From: Vulcanimicrobiota bacterium | GTDB taxonomy: Bacteria; Vulcanimicrobiota; Vulcanimicrobiia; Eremiobacterales; Eremiobacteraceae | NCBI GenBank assembly: GCA_963812135.1 | Contig: CAWETU010000001.1 | Coordinates: forward strand, 1,376,001-1,440,000 | Length of the DNA stretch: 64,000 nucleotides | Direction of reading: 5' to 3' | In this document: piece by piece, positions 11,079-19,701 of the stretch | Numbering within the stretch: position 1 is the first letter of the stretch | How the letters are laid out: each line of letters starts with the position of its first letter | Program-made: the position numbers and the translations under genes | Notes under the pieces: model-generated | The model's input: only the letters and a program-made list of their open reading frames with translations | Databases searched by the model: none | What the model was told of the DNA's origin: nothing

Positions 11079-12299
11079 GTGAACGGGCGCATTCTCATCG
11101 TGGGGGCGGGTCCCGGCGGTCTCACGCTTGGGCTCCTGTTGGCGCGCGCTGGAATGAGCGTCAGCGTGTTCGAGCAGGGCGCGACCTTCGAGCGAGAATT
11201 CCGGGGCGACAGCCTGCTGCCCGGGGGGTTGCGCGTCTTGGAGGATCTCGGTTTGCGCGCTCGCCTACGCGATGTCGAGCACGCGTTCCCGAGCGCCCTG
11301 CGCCTGCATCTCGGCCGGTCGCGGCCCGCGTTCGAGTCGCCGCCGCTCTGTTTAGCCGACGGCACCCCGATGATCATGACGATTCCGCAAGCGCGGCTGC
11401 TCGAAGCGCTCGCCGCCGCCGCCGCGGGCTTCCCGGGTTTCGCGCTTCACAAAGGGAGCGCCGTTCGCGAGCTGGTCATGGAGGGCGGGCGCGCTATCGG
11501 TGTCAGGCATACGGGCGGGGAGGCGCGGGCGGATCTCGTGATAGGATTCGACGGGCGCTTTTCAGTCACACGCCGCAGCGCCGGCATCGAGCTTGAGACC
11601 TCGCGCGTCGATTTCGACATCGCGTGGTGTTCGATCGAGGACGTTGGACGGCTCTATGACCGGTACGAGGCGTCGGTGCGCGGTGACGAAGTATGTTTTT
11701 GGTCGCCGAACGGCGCGGCGTTACGCGTCGGGTGGCTCTTGCGGAAAGGCGGTTTCGACGGCCTGCGCGCGGCCGGGCTGGAGCGCTTCAAAGAGCGGCT
11801 GTGCACCTCGCTGCCGGAGGATCTGCACGCGCCATTGCGCACCGCATTGCGCTCGTGGGAGGACGTCACGCTGCTGCCGGCCGTGAGCGGCATGGCGCGG
11901 ACCTGGTGGCGACCTGGGTTGCTGCTCTTGGGCGACGCGGCGCACCCGATGTCGCCGGTCGGGGCGCAAGGCATCAATGTCGCGTTGTTCGACGCGGTGA
12001 TCGCGTCGCGACATCTGGTCGCGCTCGCGCGCGCTGACGCGTTCGACCGGCCTGCTGCAGTCGATGCGGCGCTCGCCGCGATCGAAGCCGAGCGACGGCC
12101 GGCGGTGAAGCGCATCGCGCGCATGCAGAACGTCCTGCCGCGCCTGATGTTGGCGATCGGCCCGGAACGCGCGCTGCGGCTCGCCGTGGCCGTCATGCGA
12201 CCGTTCGTCCGGAGCCGCTATCGGCCGAGGTTCATCCGCGCGCAGGTCGAGCGTTTCGCATGGGGCGATCCACCGGTTCGGGTAGACGAGCGCTCGTAA
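11079..12299 (+). CDS. FAD-dependent monooxygenase/oxidoreductase (UbiH/PheA family)
   Basis: GAGPGG, DGRFS, GDAAHPMSPVGAQGIN; GTG start chosen directly before the Rossmann motif. Confidence 0.85.
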   Translation: MNGRILIVGAGPGGLTLGLLLARAGMSVSVFEQGATFEREFRGDSLLPGGLRVLEDLGLRARLRDVEHAFPSALRLHLGRSRPAFESPPLCLADGTPMIMTIPQARLLEALAAAAAGFPGFALHKGSAVRELVMEGGRAIGVRHTGGEARADLVIGFDGRFSVTRRSAGIELETSRVDFDIAWCSIEDVGRLYDRYEASVRGDEVCFWSPNGAALRVGWLLRKGGFDGLRAAGLERFKERLCTSLPEDLHAPLRTALRSWEDVTLLPAVSGMARTWWRPGLLLLGDAAHPMSPVGAQGINVALFDAVIASRHLVALARADAFDRPAAVDAALAAIEAERRPAVKRIARMQNVLPRLMLAIGPERALRLAVAVMRPFVRSRYRPRFIRAQVERFAWGDPPVRVDERS

Positions 12300-12429
12300 C
12301 ATTTTGCGGACGACGACGCGCGCAAGAAAATCGCGCCGGCACGCCGAAACGCGAATCATCATTATATATAGAGCGCGAGTTCCGCGCGCAAGGAACGACC
12401 TGCGGCCCGCCGAAGCCGCCCCAGCTCGT

Positions 12430-12503
12430 GGCGACATAGCCAAGTGGTAAGGCAGAGCTCTGCAAAAGCTCCATCGCCGGTTCGACTCCGGCTGTCGCCT
12501 CCA
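12430..12503 (+). tRNA. tRNA-Cys(GCA)
   Basis: Acceptor stem GGCGACA/TGTCGCC, anticodon arm GAGCT-CTGCAAA-AGCTC, T-loop GGTTCGACTCC, encoded CCA. Confidence 0.97.
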
Positions 12504-14642
12504 AAGCCGTCGGATCACGACTCTGGTGCGGAGCACGCGGCCACGCTCGCAGCGCCTCTGACGTCGCTTGGCGCGCTCAAGCGTTCGACGCTCGATCAAT
12601 TCGAGCGGCTCGGCGTGCGCACCGTCCACGACTTGCTGCGCCACTACCCGTATCGCTACGAAGACTTGCGCTCGCCCGCCACGGTCGCGCAGCTGCGCGA
12701 GTCGCGCGCACTCGAGGGCGAGGTCAACCTGCTCGGCGTGATCCGGCAAGTCAAACACATCCGCTTGCGCGGTCGCGTGCGCGCGAAAACGACCGCGATC
12801 GTGGACGACGGGACCGGGTCGATCACCGCGATCTGGTTCGGGCGGCCATATCTCGGTTCGCAGCTGCGCCCCGGGCAGCGCATCTTCATGCGCGGTCGCG
12901 TCGAGGTCACGCTGGCCGGCGTGCAGATGCTCGTCTCGCGCCATCGGGTCGTGCCCGAAGATGAACCGTATTCAGGCGAACTCGTGCCGATCTACCCGCT
13001 CACCTCCGGGCTGACCAACTACACGGTCCAGCGACTCGTCGCGCGCGCGCTCGCGCGCATGGCGGCCGACAAGACCGCTGATGGCCAGATCGATCCGCTG
13101 CCGCGCGCGCTCAGCACACGGCGCAAGTTCGCCGATGCGCGCTGGTCGCTGCGCGCGATCCATCAGCCCCGTTCGCTGGAAGACGCGGACCTTGCACGGG
13201 CGCGGTTGATCTTCGAGGAGTTCTTCTTGCTCGCGCTCGGGGCCGCGCTGCGCCGCGCCGCTCGCCAGGGAGAGGCATCGCCGGATTTCTCGGCGGTCTC
13301 GTCGCCGGCGGCACGCCGCGCCTTTGACGCGGAGCTGCGTTCGCTTCTGCCTTTCGAGCTGACGGGCGCGCAGGCGCGCGTGATCGGTGAGATCGCCGCA
13401 GATCTGGGCAGGCCGTTTCCGATGAACCGGTTGCTGCAAGGCGACGTCGGGTCGGGCAAGACCGCGGTCGCCGCCGCGGCGGTGCTGCTCGCCGTCCGCG
13501 CAGGCCACCAAGCGGCGTTCATGGCGCCGACCGAAATTCTGGCGGCGCAGCAGTTCAACAGCCTGACGAAACTGATGGCTCCGGCCGGCGTGCGCGTGGC
13601 GATGCTCGTCGGGGCGCTGCGGCGCGCGACGCGCGACGACATCCTCCAGCAGATGCGCGACGGCGAACTCGACGTCGTGGTCGGCACGCACGCGCTCTTG
13701 ACCGAAGACGTGGACTTCGCGCGTCTCGGCCTCGTCGTGATCGACGAGCAGCACCGTTTCGGCGTGATGCAGCGCGCCGCGTTGCGCGCCAAGGGAAAGC
13801 AGGTCACGCCGCACACGCTCGTCATGACGGCGACGCCGATCCCACGCACGCTCGCGCAGACCGTCTATGCCGATCTCGACATCTCGATCATCGACGAGAT
13901 GCCGCCCGGCCGCCGACCGCCCAAGACATTCGTGCGCGAGGTCGGCGCCAAGGATAAGATCTTCGCATTCATCCGCGACCAAGTGGCCGAGGGCCGGCAG
14001 GCGTACGTCGTGTGTCCGGCCATCGACGAGTCCGACCGCGCGATGCACACCGCCGTCAAACAGGCGGAAGAGCTGCGCGCAAGCGCGTTCAAGGGACTGC
14101 GCGTCGGGCTGCTGCACGGCAAACTCGGCGGACCGGACAAAGAGAAGATCATGCGGATGTTCGCGGACGGCTTTCTCCAGATCCTGATCGCGACGACGGT
14201 GGTCGAAGTCGGAGTGGACGTGCCGAACGCCACGGTGATGCTCGTGTTCGACGCGCAGTCGTTCGGCCTCGCGCAGCTTCACCAGCTGCGGGGCCGGGTC
14301 GGGCGAGGCGCGGCCGCCTCCTATTGCATCCTCGTCGCGACCGACGACTCCGAGGAGTCTTCGCGCCTACGCATTCTGGAGAAGACCGATGACGGCTTCA
14401 AGATCGCCGAGGAGGATGCGAAGATCAGAGGCTCTGGCGACCTGTTGGGCACGCGCCAGCACGGCGTCGCCGATTTCAGGCTCGCCCATCTGATACGGGA
14501 TTATCCGGTGTTCTTGGAAGCGAAAAAAGAGGCCGACGCGGTGATCGGCAAGGACCCGCGTCTCGAACAACCCGGCAACGCTCGCCTCGCCGCCTTCTTG
14601 GCCGCGCAGGACGACGCGGTCGCGCTGCGCGCGACTTCCTGA
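12444..14642 (+). CDS. recG: ATP-dependent DNA helicase RecG (start uncertain, overlaps the tRNA)
   Basis: QGDVGSGKT, DEQHRFG, MTATPIPRT, QLRGRVGRG, wedge domain. Confidence 0.95.
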   Translation: MVRQSSAKAPSPVRLRLSPPKPSDHDSGAEHAATLAAPLTSLGALKRSTLDQFERLGVRTVHDLLRHYPYRYEDLRSPATVAQLRESRALEGEVNLLGVIRQVKHIRLRGRVRAKTTAIVDDGTGSITAIWFGRPYLGSQLRPGQRIFMRGRVEVTLAGVQMLVSRHRVVPEDEPYSGELVPIYPLTSGLTNYTVQRLVARALARMAADKTADGQIDPLPRALSTRRKFADARWSLRAIHQPRSLEDADLARARLIFEEFFLLALGAALRRAARQGEASPDFSAVSSPAARRAFDAELRSLLPFELTGAQARVIGEIAADLGRPFPMNRLLQGDVGSGKTAVAAAAVLLAVRAGHQAAFMAPTEILAAQQFNSLTKLMAPAGVRVAMLVGALRRATRDDILQQMRDGELDVVVGTHALLTEDVDFARLGLVVIDEQHRFGVMQRAALRAKGKQVTPHTLVMTATPIPRTLAQTVYADLDISIIDEMPPGRRPPKTFVREVGAKDKIFAFIRDQVAEGRQAYVVCPAIDESDRAMHTAVKQAEELRASAFKGLRVGLLHGKLGGPDKEKIMRMFADGFLQILIATTVVEVGVDVPNATVMLVFDAQSFGLAQLHQLRGRVGRGAAASYCILVATDDSEESSRLRILEKTDDGFKIAEEDAKIRGSGDLLGTRQHGVADFRLAHLIRDYPVFLEAKKEADAVIGKDPRLEQPGNARLAAFLAAQDDAVALRATS

Positions 14643-14683
14643 TGTCTTAAGGAGGTCGCCCGGCCGCCGTCCAATCCCCGCAT

Positions 14684-15316
14684 ATGCGACTTGCGGGTGG
14701 AAGCCGCGGCAGGATGACCCTCGCCTCTCCGAGAGGCAGCAAGACTCGTCCGACCGGCGCCAAGGTTCGCGAAGCGATGTTCGCCATTTTGGCGCAGCGC
14801 GTCGAGGGCGCGCGCGTGCTCGACCTGTTCGCGGGATCGGGAGCGCTCGGACTTGAGGCGATCTCGCGCGGCGCGGCGTCGGTGGTGTTCGTCGATAACG
14901 ACGCCAACGCGGTCATGATCATCCGCCGCAACGCGGTGCGCGTCGTGCCAGATGGCGATCGCTGGCGCATCATGCCGATGCGCGCGCTGCGCGCCTTGCG
15001 CACGTTGCGCGGGTCGTTCGACATCGCGTTCATCGACCCGCCATACGACCGCGGCGCGTTGGACGAGCTGCGGCTCATGATGCAGAAGTCGCTGCTCAGC
15101 CAAGACGGCATCGCAGTCATCGAGCATTCGAGCACCACCAAACCCGAGCTGCCCGATTCGCTCGAAGTCGTGAAGCGTGCGAAGTACGGCGATACGTCGC
15201 TGACCTTCGCCGTCGCGCGGCGCGCCAAAGGTGTCGCCGCCGATGGCGAGGCGCGTGCGGCGACAGCGCGTGCGCCGCGCGAACGCAAGCGCGCGTCTCG
15301 CGAATCGCGCACATGA
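14684..15316 (+). CDS. rsmD: 16S rRNA m2G966 methyltransferase
   Basis: RPT..KVREA, DLFAGSGALGLEA, DPPY; recG-rsmD-coaD synteny. Confidence 0.9.
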   Translation: MRLAGGSRGRMTLASPRGSKTRPTGAKVREAMFAILAQRVEGARVLDLFAGSGALGLEAISRGAASVVFVDNDANAVMIIRRNAVRVVPDGDRWRIMPMRALRALRTLRGSFDIAFIDPPYDRGALDELRLMMQKSLLSQDGIAVIEHSSTTKPELPDSLEVVKRAKYGDTSLTFAVARRAKGVAADGEARAATARAPRERKRASRESRT

Positions 15317-15879
15317 AGCGGCCGGCAAAGAAACGGTCGTCGAAAGTCGACCGCGACCAACGGTCGAGTAAACTCGACCGCTACAAGGACGAGTTTGTCG
15401 TCGTCTATCCGGGCAGCTTCGACCCCGTGACGTTCGGCCACTTGGACATCGTCAAGCGCGCTGCGACCCAGTTCCCGCGCGTGATGGTCGCGGTCGTCGC
15501 CAATCCAAGCAAATCGCCGATGTTCAGCCTTGCCGAGCGCGTCGCGATGCTGCGCGAGGCATGCGCGGGGCTGCGCAACGTGGAAGTCGAGTCGTTCGAG
15601 GGGTTGCTGGTCGACTACGTACGTGCCGCCGGCCGAGCGCTGATCGTCAAAGGGCTGCGCATCGTCTCTGACTTCGAGCACGAGTTTTCCATGGCGCTGC
15701 TCAACCGCAAGCTGCGCGGCGGCGCAGACACGATCTTCATGCCGGCGAGCGCGAGGTTCGCATACGTCTCGTCGTCTTCCATCAAAGAAGTGTTCTCGCT
15801 CGGCGGCGATGTCGCCGAATTTGTGCCCAGCTCGGTGTTGCGCCGCATGCAGGCACGCCGGGCCAAGGGGAAGAGGTAA
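15313..15879 (+). CDS. coaD: Pantetheine-phosphate adenylyltransferase with repeat-derived N-terminal extension
   Basis: YPGSFDPVTFGH, KGLR..SDFE, VSSS. Confidence 0.95.
   Translation: MKRPAKKRSSKVDRDQRSSKLDRYKDEFVVVYPGSFDPVTFGHLDIVKRAATQFPRVMVAVVANPSKSPMFSLAERVAMLREACAGLRNVEVESFEGLLVDYVRAAGRALIVKGLRIVSDFEHEFSMALLNRKLRGGADTIFMPASARFAYVSSSSIKEVFSLGGDVAEFVPSSVLRRMQARRAKGKR
15334..15384 (-). repeat. Two tandem REP-like GTAG-hairpin units (27-nt period) inside coaD
   Basis: CGGTCGTCGAAAGTCGACCGCGAC (15334-15357) and CGGTCGAGTAAACTCGACCGCTAC (15361-15384). Confidence 0.8.
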
Positions 15880-15884
15880 ACTAG

Positions 15885-16364
15885 ATGAGCGTCTATACGG
15901 TGATCGACAAACTGGAAGCGACGGTCAAAGAGGGCGTATGGCTGCCGTTCGGCGCGCGTATCGTCAGCCAAGACCGGCTGCTCGATCTCGTCGAAAAGCT
16001 GCGTTCGACGCTGCCCGACGAAGTGAGCCGCGCCAAAGCCGTGACCAAAGAGAAAGACCGCTTGATCGAGGACGCCAAGTCGCAAGCGGCCGCCATGATG
16101 ACCGAGGCGTCGACGGCGAAGACCCAACTGCTCTCCGATGCGGAGATCACCCGCCAGGCGCAAGAGCGCGCCGAGCAGATCCTGTCGCAGGCGGAAACGC
16201 AGGCGCGCGAAGTGCGCCGCGGGGCGGAGCAGTACGCGGACGGCGTGCTGGCGGCGCTTGACACGAGTCTTGGCAACGCATTGGCTGCGGTCCACAAGGG
16301 CAGGGAGCAGCTGGCGGCCAGCCTTTCGAGCAACGGATCTCCGAAGTCGCGCGAGCGGACGTGA
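15885..16364 (+). CDS. Coiled-coil DivIVA/ATP-synthase-b-like conserved protein
   Basis: Coiled-coil pattern (LP.E...A, A..YAD.VL); usual position after coaD. Confidence 0.7.
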   Translation: MSVYTVIDKLEATVKEGVWLPFGARIVSQDRLLDLVEKLRSTLPDEVSRAKAVTKEKDRLIEDAKSQAAAMMTEASTAKTQLLSDAEITRQAQERAEQILSQAETQAREVRRGAEQYADGVLAALDTSLGNALAAVHKGREQLAASLSSNGSPKSRERT

Positions 16365-17350
16365 CGGAGGATCCGCCCGCAAAACCTTCACTCCTTCGCC
16401 TTCTGTCCGCCGCGCTGGTCGGCGTGATCATCGCGGCGTTCTTGTTCCTCGTGCCGCTGCCGTTCCTCATCTTCGCGCCCGGTGACGCGATCGACCTTAA
16501 TCCGTTGGTCATCGTGCCGGATCGCTCGCCGCCGCCGGGCACGCTCTTCCTCACCGATGTGAAAGTGATGCCGGGGCGCCCGGCGTTCTATCTGGCCGGC
16601 AAGCTGCTGCCGGGGTTCGAAGTCGTGCCGCGCCTGCAATACGCGGGCAGCTCGACCGATGCGCAATTCGACCGCGAGTTGGAAGACGCGATGAAAGAAA
16701 GCCAGATCGTCGCGCAAGTGGTCGCGGAACGCGCCGCTGGTTTGCCCGTCAAAACGAAGACGACGACGTCGATCGTCGAGGTCAGAAAAGGGTTTCCGGC
16801 GGAACATTGCTTCAAGGTCGGTGACGTCATCGAGTCTATCGACGGCACGCCGCCGGTCAACGCTGGATCGATCGCCAAAGCGGCGGCGACGAAGCCGGCC
16901 GGCGTGGCGTTCGACTTTGAAGTGGAACGCGACGGCGCGCCCAGGAGCGTGAGCTGTCACACCGCGCCTTATAAAGGAAAGCGCCTGTTCGGCGTGATCG
17001 TCAGCTCGCGGACCAAACTCATCTCGTTGCCGGTGCACGTCACGTACAAGGTCAAGGACATCAACGGATCGTCGGCCGGACTGATGTTCGCGCTGCAGAT
17101 CTTCCGCACGCTGACCGGCAAGCCGCTCGCCGGCGGCAAGAAGATCGCCGGCACCGGCGTGCTGGCGTCAGACGGTTCGGTGCTGCCGGTCGGCGGTGCG
17201 CTCGAGAAGCTGCACGCGGCCATCGCGCAAGGCGCGCAGATCTTTCTGGTGCCGAAAAGCGATTATCCGCGGATCGCCGATACGCCAGGCGTGAAGATCA
17301 TCCCGGTCGGTTCGTTCGACGAGGCGCTGCGACAGCTGAAGGTGTTGTAG
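16361..17350 (+). CDS. Membrane PDZ + Lon-like (S16) protease, YlbL family
   Basis: N-terminal TM helix, PDZ, GSSAGLMF (Ser), AGTG, VGGALEK (Lys). Confidence 0.85.
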   Translation: MTEDPPAKPSLLRLLSAALVGVIIAAFLFLVPLPFLIFAPGDAIDLNPLVIVPDRSPPPGTLFLTDVKVMPGRPAFYLAGKLLPGFEVVPRLQYAGSSTDAQFDRELEDAMKESQIVAQVVAERAAGLPVKTKTTTSIVEVRKGFPAEHCFKVGDVIESIDGTPPVNAGSIAKAAATKPAGVAFDFEVERDGAPRSVSCHTAPYKGKRLFGVIVSSRTKLISLPVHVTYKVKDINGSSAGLMFALQIFRTLTGKPLAGGKKIAGTGVLASDGSVLPVGGALEKLHAAIAQGAQIFLVPKSDYPRIADTPGVKIIPVGSFDEALRQLKVL

Positions 17351-17357
17351 GTGTCGC

Positions 17358-17696
17358 TTACGCGCTGAGGCGCTGCGACGATTCGAGCGCGGCGATCGCG
17401 CCCTCGACGCTTGCGTGGATGCGGAAGATGCGGTCGAACGCGGTGAGCGCGAGCGTCTCGCGCATCGACGGGTCGTCGACGACCAGGCGAACGGCGCCGC
17501 CAGCTTCGCGGACGACGCGATTGGCGATCACGAGAGATTGGAGCGCCGGCGTGTCGAGCACCGGAAGTCCGCGCAGATCCACGACGTGCAAGTAGCGGCG
17601 CCGTGCGATGTGGCCGCGGAAGCGGCGGCCGATCGTGGCGCGGGCTGTCTCGTCATGCGCGGCGAATTCGGTGACGGTGACCAATGCGTGCTCCAT
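17358..17696 (-). CDS. STAS-domain protein
   Basis: VVDLRGLPVLDTPAL..GGAVRLV..LTAFDRIF. Confidence 0.7.
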   Translation of the reverse strand: MEHALVTVTEFAAHDETARATIGRRFRGHIARRRYLHVVDLRGLPVLDTPALQSLVIANRVVREAGGAVRLVVDDPSMRETLALTAFDRIFRIHASVEGAIAALESSQRLSA

Positions 17697-17790
17697 AGCG
17701 ATAAGACGACGGTTCTAACGCGGCTCCCTCGTCTATAAGACGAGCAAATCGGGCAAAGCGTTTTCTCCAGCGTCCCGCAGGGAGGCACGT

Positions 17791-17820
17791 TTGACATCAT
17801 AGTTCGCCTTTTCATATAAT
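17791..17820 (+). promoter_or_regulatory. Consensus sigma70/SigA promoter of the yceD-rpmF-fab operon
   Basis: TTGACA (17791-17796), 18-bp spacer, TATAAT (17815-17820). Confidence 0.8.
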
Positions 17821-17836
17821 GATGCAAGTCGTTTGC

Positions 17837-17864
17837 GGCCCGTCATCAGGACGGGCCTTCGTTT
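17837..17864 (+). promoter_or_regulatory. Leader hairpin, terminator/attenuator-like
   Basis: GGCCCGTC-ATCAG-GACGGGCC followed by TTCGTTT. Confidence 0.5.
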
Positions 17865-17881
17865 GCGCAAGGCAATCCCCA

Positions 17882-18388
17882 GTGAAGATCTCAGTAGACC
17901 GCCTCTTTGGCCGCGACGTCGAGGTCATCGAGGTCGACCAGCATTTGCGGCTCGGCGATGATCTCGCCGTCCGCTACCCAGACGGCGTGCGCGTCGTCGC
18001 CACCGTGCGGCCCATCCAGCACGGCGTCTACGTGGAAGGCGACGTCGCCGGCCGCGAAGTCGAGACGTGCGTCCGCTGCCTCGAGCCGTTCGTGCGCGAC
18101 ACGCGCGTGGCGATCGCGGAAGCGTTCAGCGAGGACGTGCGGCCCGAAGATGCGCAGTTCGCGGATCTTGCGCCGCTCGTCGACCGCACGATCGACCTGA
18201 GCGAGCTCGTCGAGCAGCTCCTCGAAGTGGACGAGCCGATCGCGGCGGTGTGCAGTGAGCAGTGCAAAGGGATCTGCCCGACCTGCGGCGCTAACCGCAA
18301 TCGCGAGCCGTGCAGCTGCCGCGACGAGCAGATCGACGAACGCCTGGCAGGCTTGGCAAAATTTATGCAAGAACCCGGAGTGAACTAA
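17882..18388 (+). CDS. yceD: DUF177/YceD family protein
   Basis: CVRCL, CSEQCKGICPTCG.N.N..C.C, DERLAGL; lies upstream of rpmF. Confidence 0.85.
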   Translation: MKISVDRLFGRDVEVIEVDQHLRLGDDLAVRYPDGVRVVATVRPIQHGVYVEGDVAGREVETCVRCLEPFVRDTRVAIAEAFSEDVRPEDAQFADLAPLVDRTIDLSELVEQLLEVDEPIAAVCSEQCKGICPTCGANRNREPCSCRDEQIDERLAGLAKFMQEPGVN

Positions 18389-18393
18389 ATACG

Positions 18394-18591
18394 ATGGCAA
18401 ACCCGAAACAGAAACGCAGCAAATCGAACACGCGCACAAGGCGCGCGACGTGGAAGACCACGGCGCCTACCCTGACGACGTGTCCGCAGTGCCACCAACC
18501 TCGCCGGCCGCATTTCGCGTGCCCGAATTGCGGGCACTACAAAGATCGCATCGCGGTCGTGCAAGAGGAGCGCGCCAAACCGGCCGGCTAG
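18394..18591 (+). CDS. rpmF: 50S ribosomal protein L32 (Zn-ribbon form)
   Basis: MANPKQKRSK..CPQC..PHFACPNCGHY. Confidence 0.95.
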   Translation: MANPKQKRSKSNTRTRRATWKTTAPTLTTCPQCHQPRRPHFACPNCGHYKDRIAVVQEERAKPAG

Positions 18592-18607
18592 CCGGAAGCG
18601 TTAACGC

Positions 18608-19696
18608 ATGAACGGCGTCACGATCACCGGGGTCGGCGCGTACGCGCCGCCAGGCATCCTCACCAACGAGGATCTGGAGAAGCTTGTCGACACGAGCGAC
18701 GAGTGGATCGTGCAACGCACCGGCATGAAGCGGCGCCACATCGCCGGGCCGAAGGAAGCCACCTCCGATCTCGCGGTCCCCGCCGCGTTGGCCGCGCTCG
18801 ACGCCGCCGGCCGCACGCCGAGCGACATCGAATGCCTCATCGTCGCCACCGCGACTCCCGACTATCTCTTCCCCGCCACCGCATGTCTGGTCGGCGCGCG
18901 TCTGGGCATTCCGGGCGTCGCGGCGTTTGACGTTTCGATCGGCTGCTCGGGGTTCGTCTATGCGCTCACCACGGCGGCGGCCCTCATCCGCTCGGGTGTC
19001 TACCAGCGCATCTTGGTCATCGGTGCTGAGACGCTGTCGAAGATCGTCGACTACACCGATCGCAAGACGTGCGTGCTGTTCGGCGACGGCGCCGGCGCGG
19101 TGATGGTCGAGCGCTCCGAGGAAGATTGCTTCTTGGGCAGCGACCTGGGCGCGGAAGGCTCCGATCCGAGCGTCTTGTATTTGCCGGGCGGCGGCAGCCG
19201 CTCACCACTCAATCGCGCGCTCAACGGAAACGGTCGAATAAATTCGACCGCTACAGATGGTCAAACGAGTTCGACCGCTACCGAGCGTCTGGGCTACATT
19301 CAGATGCAGGGCCAGGCCGTGTTCAAGTTCGCCGTCCAACAGATGGCCGGCTCGGTGCAAGCGGCGCTGGCCAAAGCCGGATTGACCGTCGCCGACGTCG
19401 ATTTCGTGGTGCCGCACCAGGCGAACAAACGCATCGTCGACGCGACCATGAAGATGTTGCAATTGCCGCTCGACAAGTGCATCACGAACATCGACGAATA
19501 CGGCAACACCTCGTCTGCTTCGATCCCGCTCGCGCTGGCCGACTCCATCCGCGCGGGTCAGGTGAAGAAGGGCAACGTCGTGGTCTTCGTGGCGTTCGGA
19601 GCGGGCCTGTCGTGGGGCGCTGTCGTCTGGCGCTGGCTCGGTGCACCCGTCGGCGAAGCGCGCGCCGCGGCGCCCGCGGGCGCGGCCCAAGCCTAA
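18608..19696 (+). CDS. fabH: 3-oxoacyl-ACP synthase III with repeat-derived loop insertion
   Basis: GCSGF (Cys), FGDGAGA, HQAN, GNTSSAS. Confidence 0.95.
   Translation: MNGVTITGVGAYAPPGILTNEDLEKLVDTSDEWIVQRTGMKRRHIAGPKEATSDLAVPAALAALDAAGRTPSDIECLIVATATPDYLFPATACLVGARLGIPGVAAFDVSIGCSGFVYALTTAAALIRSGVYQRILVIGAETLSKIVDYTDRKTCVLFGDGAGAVMVERSEEDCFLGSDLGAEGSDPSVLYLPGGGSRSPLNRALNGNGRINSTATDGQTSSTATERLGYIQMQGQAVFKFAVQQMAGSVQAALAKAGLTVADVDFVVPHQANKRIVDATMKMLQLPLDKCITNIDEYGNTSSASIPLALADSIRAGQVKKGNVVVFVAFGAGLSWGAVVWRWLGAPVGEARAAAPAGAAQA
19231..19281 (-). repeat. Two tandem REP-like GTAG-hairpin units (27-nt period) inside fabH
   Basis: CGGTCGAATAAATTCGACCGCTAC (19231-19254) and TGGTCAAACGAGTTCGACCGCTAC (19258-19281). 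Confidence 0.8.
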
Positions 19697-19701
19697 TCCG
19701 G

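Noticed and set aside
12430..12503. tRNA as an integration site of a genomic island
   Set aside because: No integrase and no duplicated tRNA 3' end found in the window.
15334..19281. 27-nt-period tandem units as a mini-CRISPR
   Set aside because: Only 3-nt spacers, two units per locus and no cas genes; a REP-like interpretation fits better.
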